Below are positions 62,479 through 64,000 of a stretch of DNA of 64,000 bases, piece after piece. The translations under genes and the position numbers were made by a program. Source of the stretch: Azolla caroliniana (taxonomy: Eukaryota > Plantae > Polypodiophyta). The stretch's first letter is position 1. Every line of letters begins with the position of its first letter. The notes under the pieces are model-generated. The model was not told the DNA's origin. It worked only from the letters and a program-made list of their open reading frames with translations, and did no database searches. The stretch covers positions 7,998,001 through 8,062,000 of the forward strand of contig JBHGNT010000002.1 of NCBI GenBank assembly GCA_043228905.1. Reading direction: 5' to 3'.

Positions 62479-62611
62479 TGTCAGGAACTCTATTAAGGCA
62501 GAGAAGGAATTAGTACTAAAAGAAGGATTAGTACTATTGTCGGGGAATAGTACTAAGACAGAGAAGGATTAGTACTATGAGAGGTGTCGAACTTTGAGAG
62601 AAGGAATGAGT

Positions 62612-62615
<4 letters not shown>

Positions 62616-62659
<44 letters not shown>
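62616..62659 (+). repeat. (GA)n microsatellite in LTR
   Basis: Direct observation. Confidence 0.95.
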
Positions 62660-62663
<4 letters not shown>

Positions 62664-62945
62664 TGATGCGAAAGATATATGTATTATATGAAGGAAGATA
62701 TACAACAGTGGTTAGAAGGCTTAAGACTGGCGTTGAACCGATTTGGTTCGAACTAATGCCTTGCGCCTCCTTTTATAGTGTCTTCAGGAATACTCCTGAA
62801 GTTTCTAGAATGTTCCAGAGAAATCTGGAATATACATCAATTTCCTAATAAAACCTAAATGAAAATAATATCCTTCAAATTACAATTCATAACCTAATGG
62901 TAAAGTCTCGACCCGTGTAACAAAAGGTTATGGGTTCGAGTCTAG

Positions 62946-63992
62946 TTATGACACTATCCCCCCTTTAAAACGACGAGTTCCACGAGTCGTTTTGGATTGA
63001 GGACCCGGTTTCTCGGGATATCGTCGATGGAAGTCTTCTAGAAGAGCACGAGCATTGGTCACATTCTCGATCGGTTCCCAAGTACGCTCGCTGGGACTAT
63101 ATCCTAGCCAATCGACTAGATAGTAGAGCTTGTTGCGAACAATCTTGGAATCGAGGATGGCAGCGACCTCATACTCAGGTCCATCTTCGAGCTCGATAGG
63201 AGGTGGTGGTTGTATAGTACGTCCTGGGATAGTGCTCTCGTGATAGGGTTCGAGGAGAGAACTATGAAACACCGGATGTATCCGAAGTTGCGGAGGTAGC
63301 TCGAGACGAAAAGCGACATCATTAATCTTCCCGATAATACGGAAAGGACCTAATCGCCGATAATCCAACTTCTCACATGGGCGAGTAGTCTTGATGTGTC
63401 GTCGTAGCAGCCACACCCGATCTCCAATGTTAAAACTGGATGGAAGTCGATGACGATCTGCGTAGTCCTTGTGTGATTGTTGAGCTTGCTGGAGTTGAGT
63501 AGATAAATCCGCTTGTATCTTGCGTAACCGCTCCAAACGATCCTCCGCGCAAGGATTTGTGGACACTTCTGGGGTTTCAAGGACACACCACCGGGGATGA
63601 TATCCTGTATAAGCGTAGAATGGCGTGACTTTAGTCGATGCGTGGATAGCGTTATTATAGGCAAATTCGGCGAACTGAAGAATATCTGCCCAGTCATTCT
63701 GATGATAGTTGAGAAAGCACCGCAGATACTGCTCCAGTGTCTGATTTGTTCGTTCGGCTTGACCGTCGGTTTGTGGGTGGTAGCCGGAGGAGAGGTTACA
63801 AGTGACCTTCAGCATTTTAAAAAGGTGCTTCCAGAATTTTGACACAAACTGGGGTCCACGATCGCTGATGATATTATCAGGGAGTCCATGATGCCGACAT
63901 ACTTCCCGCATGACAATTTCGGCGGTGTCTTCACTAGATATTTCTTTAGTACATGGTAAGAAATGAGCCATCTTCGTATATCGATCCACCAC
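62946..63992 (-). CDS. Integrase core, GPF motif and group I chromodomain (partial pol)
   Basis: ISDRGPQF, YHPQTDGQAER, EYEVAAILDSK...YLVDWLGY..SERTWEP; uninterrupted. Confidence 0.93.
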   Translation of the reverse strand: MVDRYTKMAHFLPCTKEISSEDTAEIVMREVCRHHGLPDNIISDRGPQFVSKFWKHLFKMLKVTCNLSSGYHPQTDGQAERTNQTLEQYLRCFLNYHQNDWADILQFAEFAYNNAIHASTKVTPFYAYTGYHPRWCVLETPEVSTNPCAEDRLERLRKIQADLSTQLQQAQQSHKDYADRHRLPSSFNIGDRVWLLRRHIKTTRPCEKLDYRRLGPFRIIGKINDVAFRLELPPQLRIHPVFHSSLLEPYHESTIPGRTIQPPPPIELEDGPEYEVAAILDSKIVRNKLYYLVDWLGYSPSERTWEPIENVTNARALLEDFHRRYPEKPGPQSKTTRGTRRFKGGIVS

Positions 63993-64000
63993 TGTGAGAA

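Larger units (their letters stand above)
62479..64000 (-). mobile_element. 3' end of a chromovirus Gypsy (Tcn1-like); 3' LTR 62479-62953
   Basis: TGTCA...TGACA, PPT AAAGGGGGGATAG on - strand. Confidence 0.88.

Overview
Eukaryotic, gene-free, transposon-saturated DNA. The element types suggest a seed-free land plant such as a fern or moss (inference). No host genes are recognisable. Most of the window is a deep nest of Ty1/Copia and Ty3/Gypsy LTR retrotransposons, many with identifiable LTRs, PBS, PPT and target-site duplications (TSDs). The exception is a ~20-kb span (~39.7-59.7 kb; ~9 kb after removing two nested Copias) that looks like a two-gene Sola2-type DDD DNA transposon. It has a spliced ~860-aa transposase on + and a convergent multi-exon gene on - encoding a RING-H2 finger and an FCP1/NIF-type HAD-phosphatase-like domain with an altered catalytic motif. 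One intron of each gene is filled with phased arrays of the same palindrome (TAGCTAATTAGCTA), and an 83-bp tandem array lies upstream of the transposase. Family assignments come from motif recognition by eye, not database searches.
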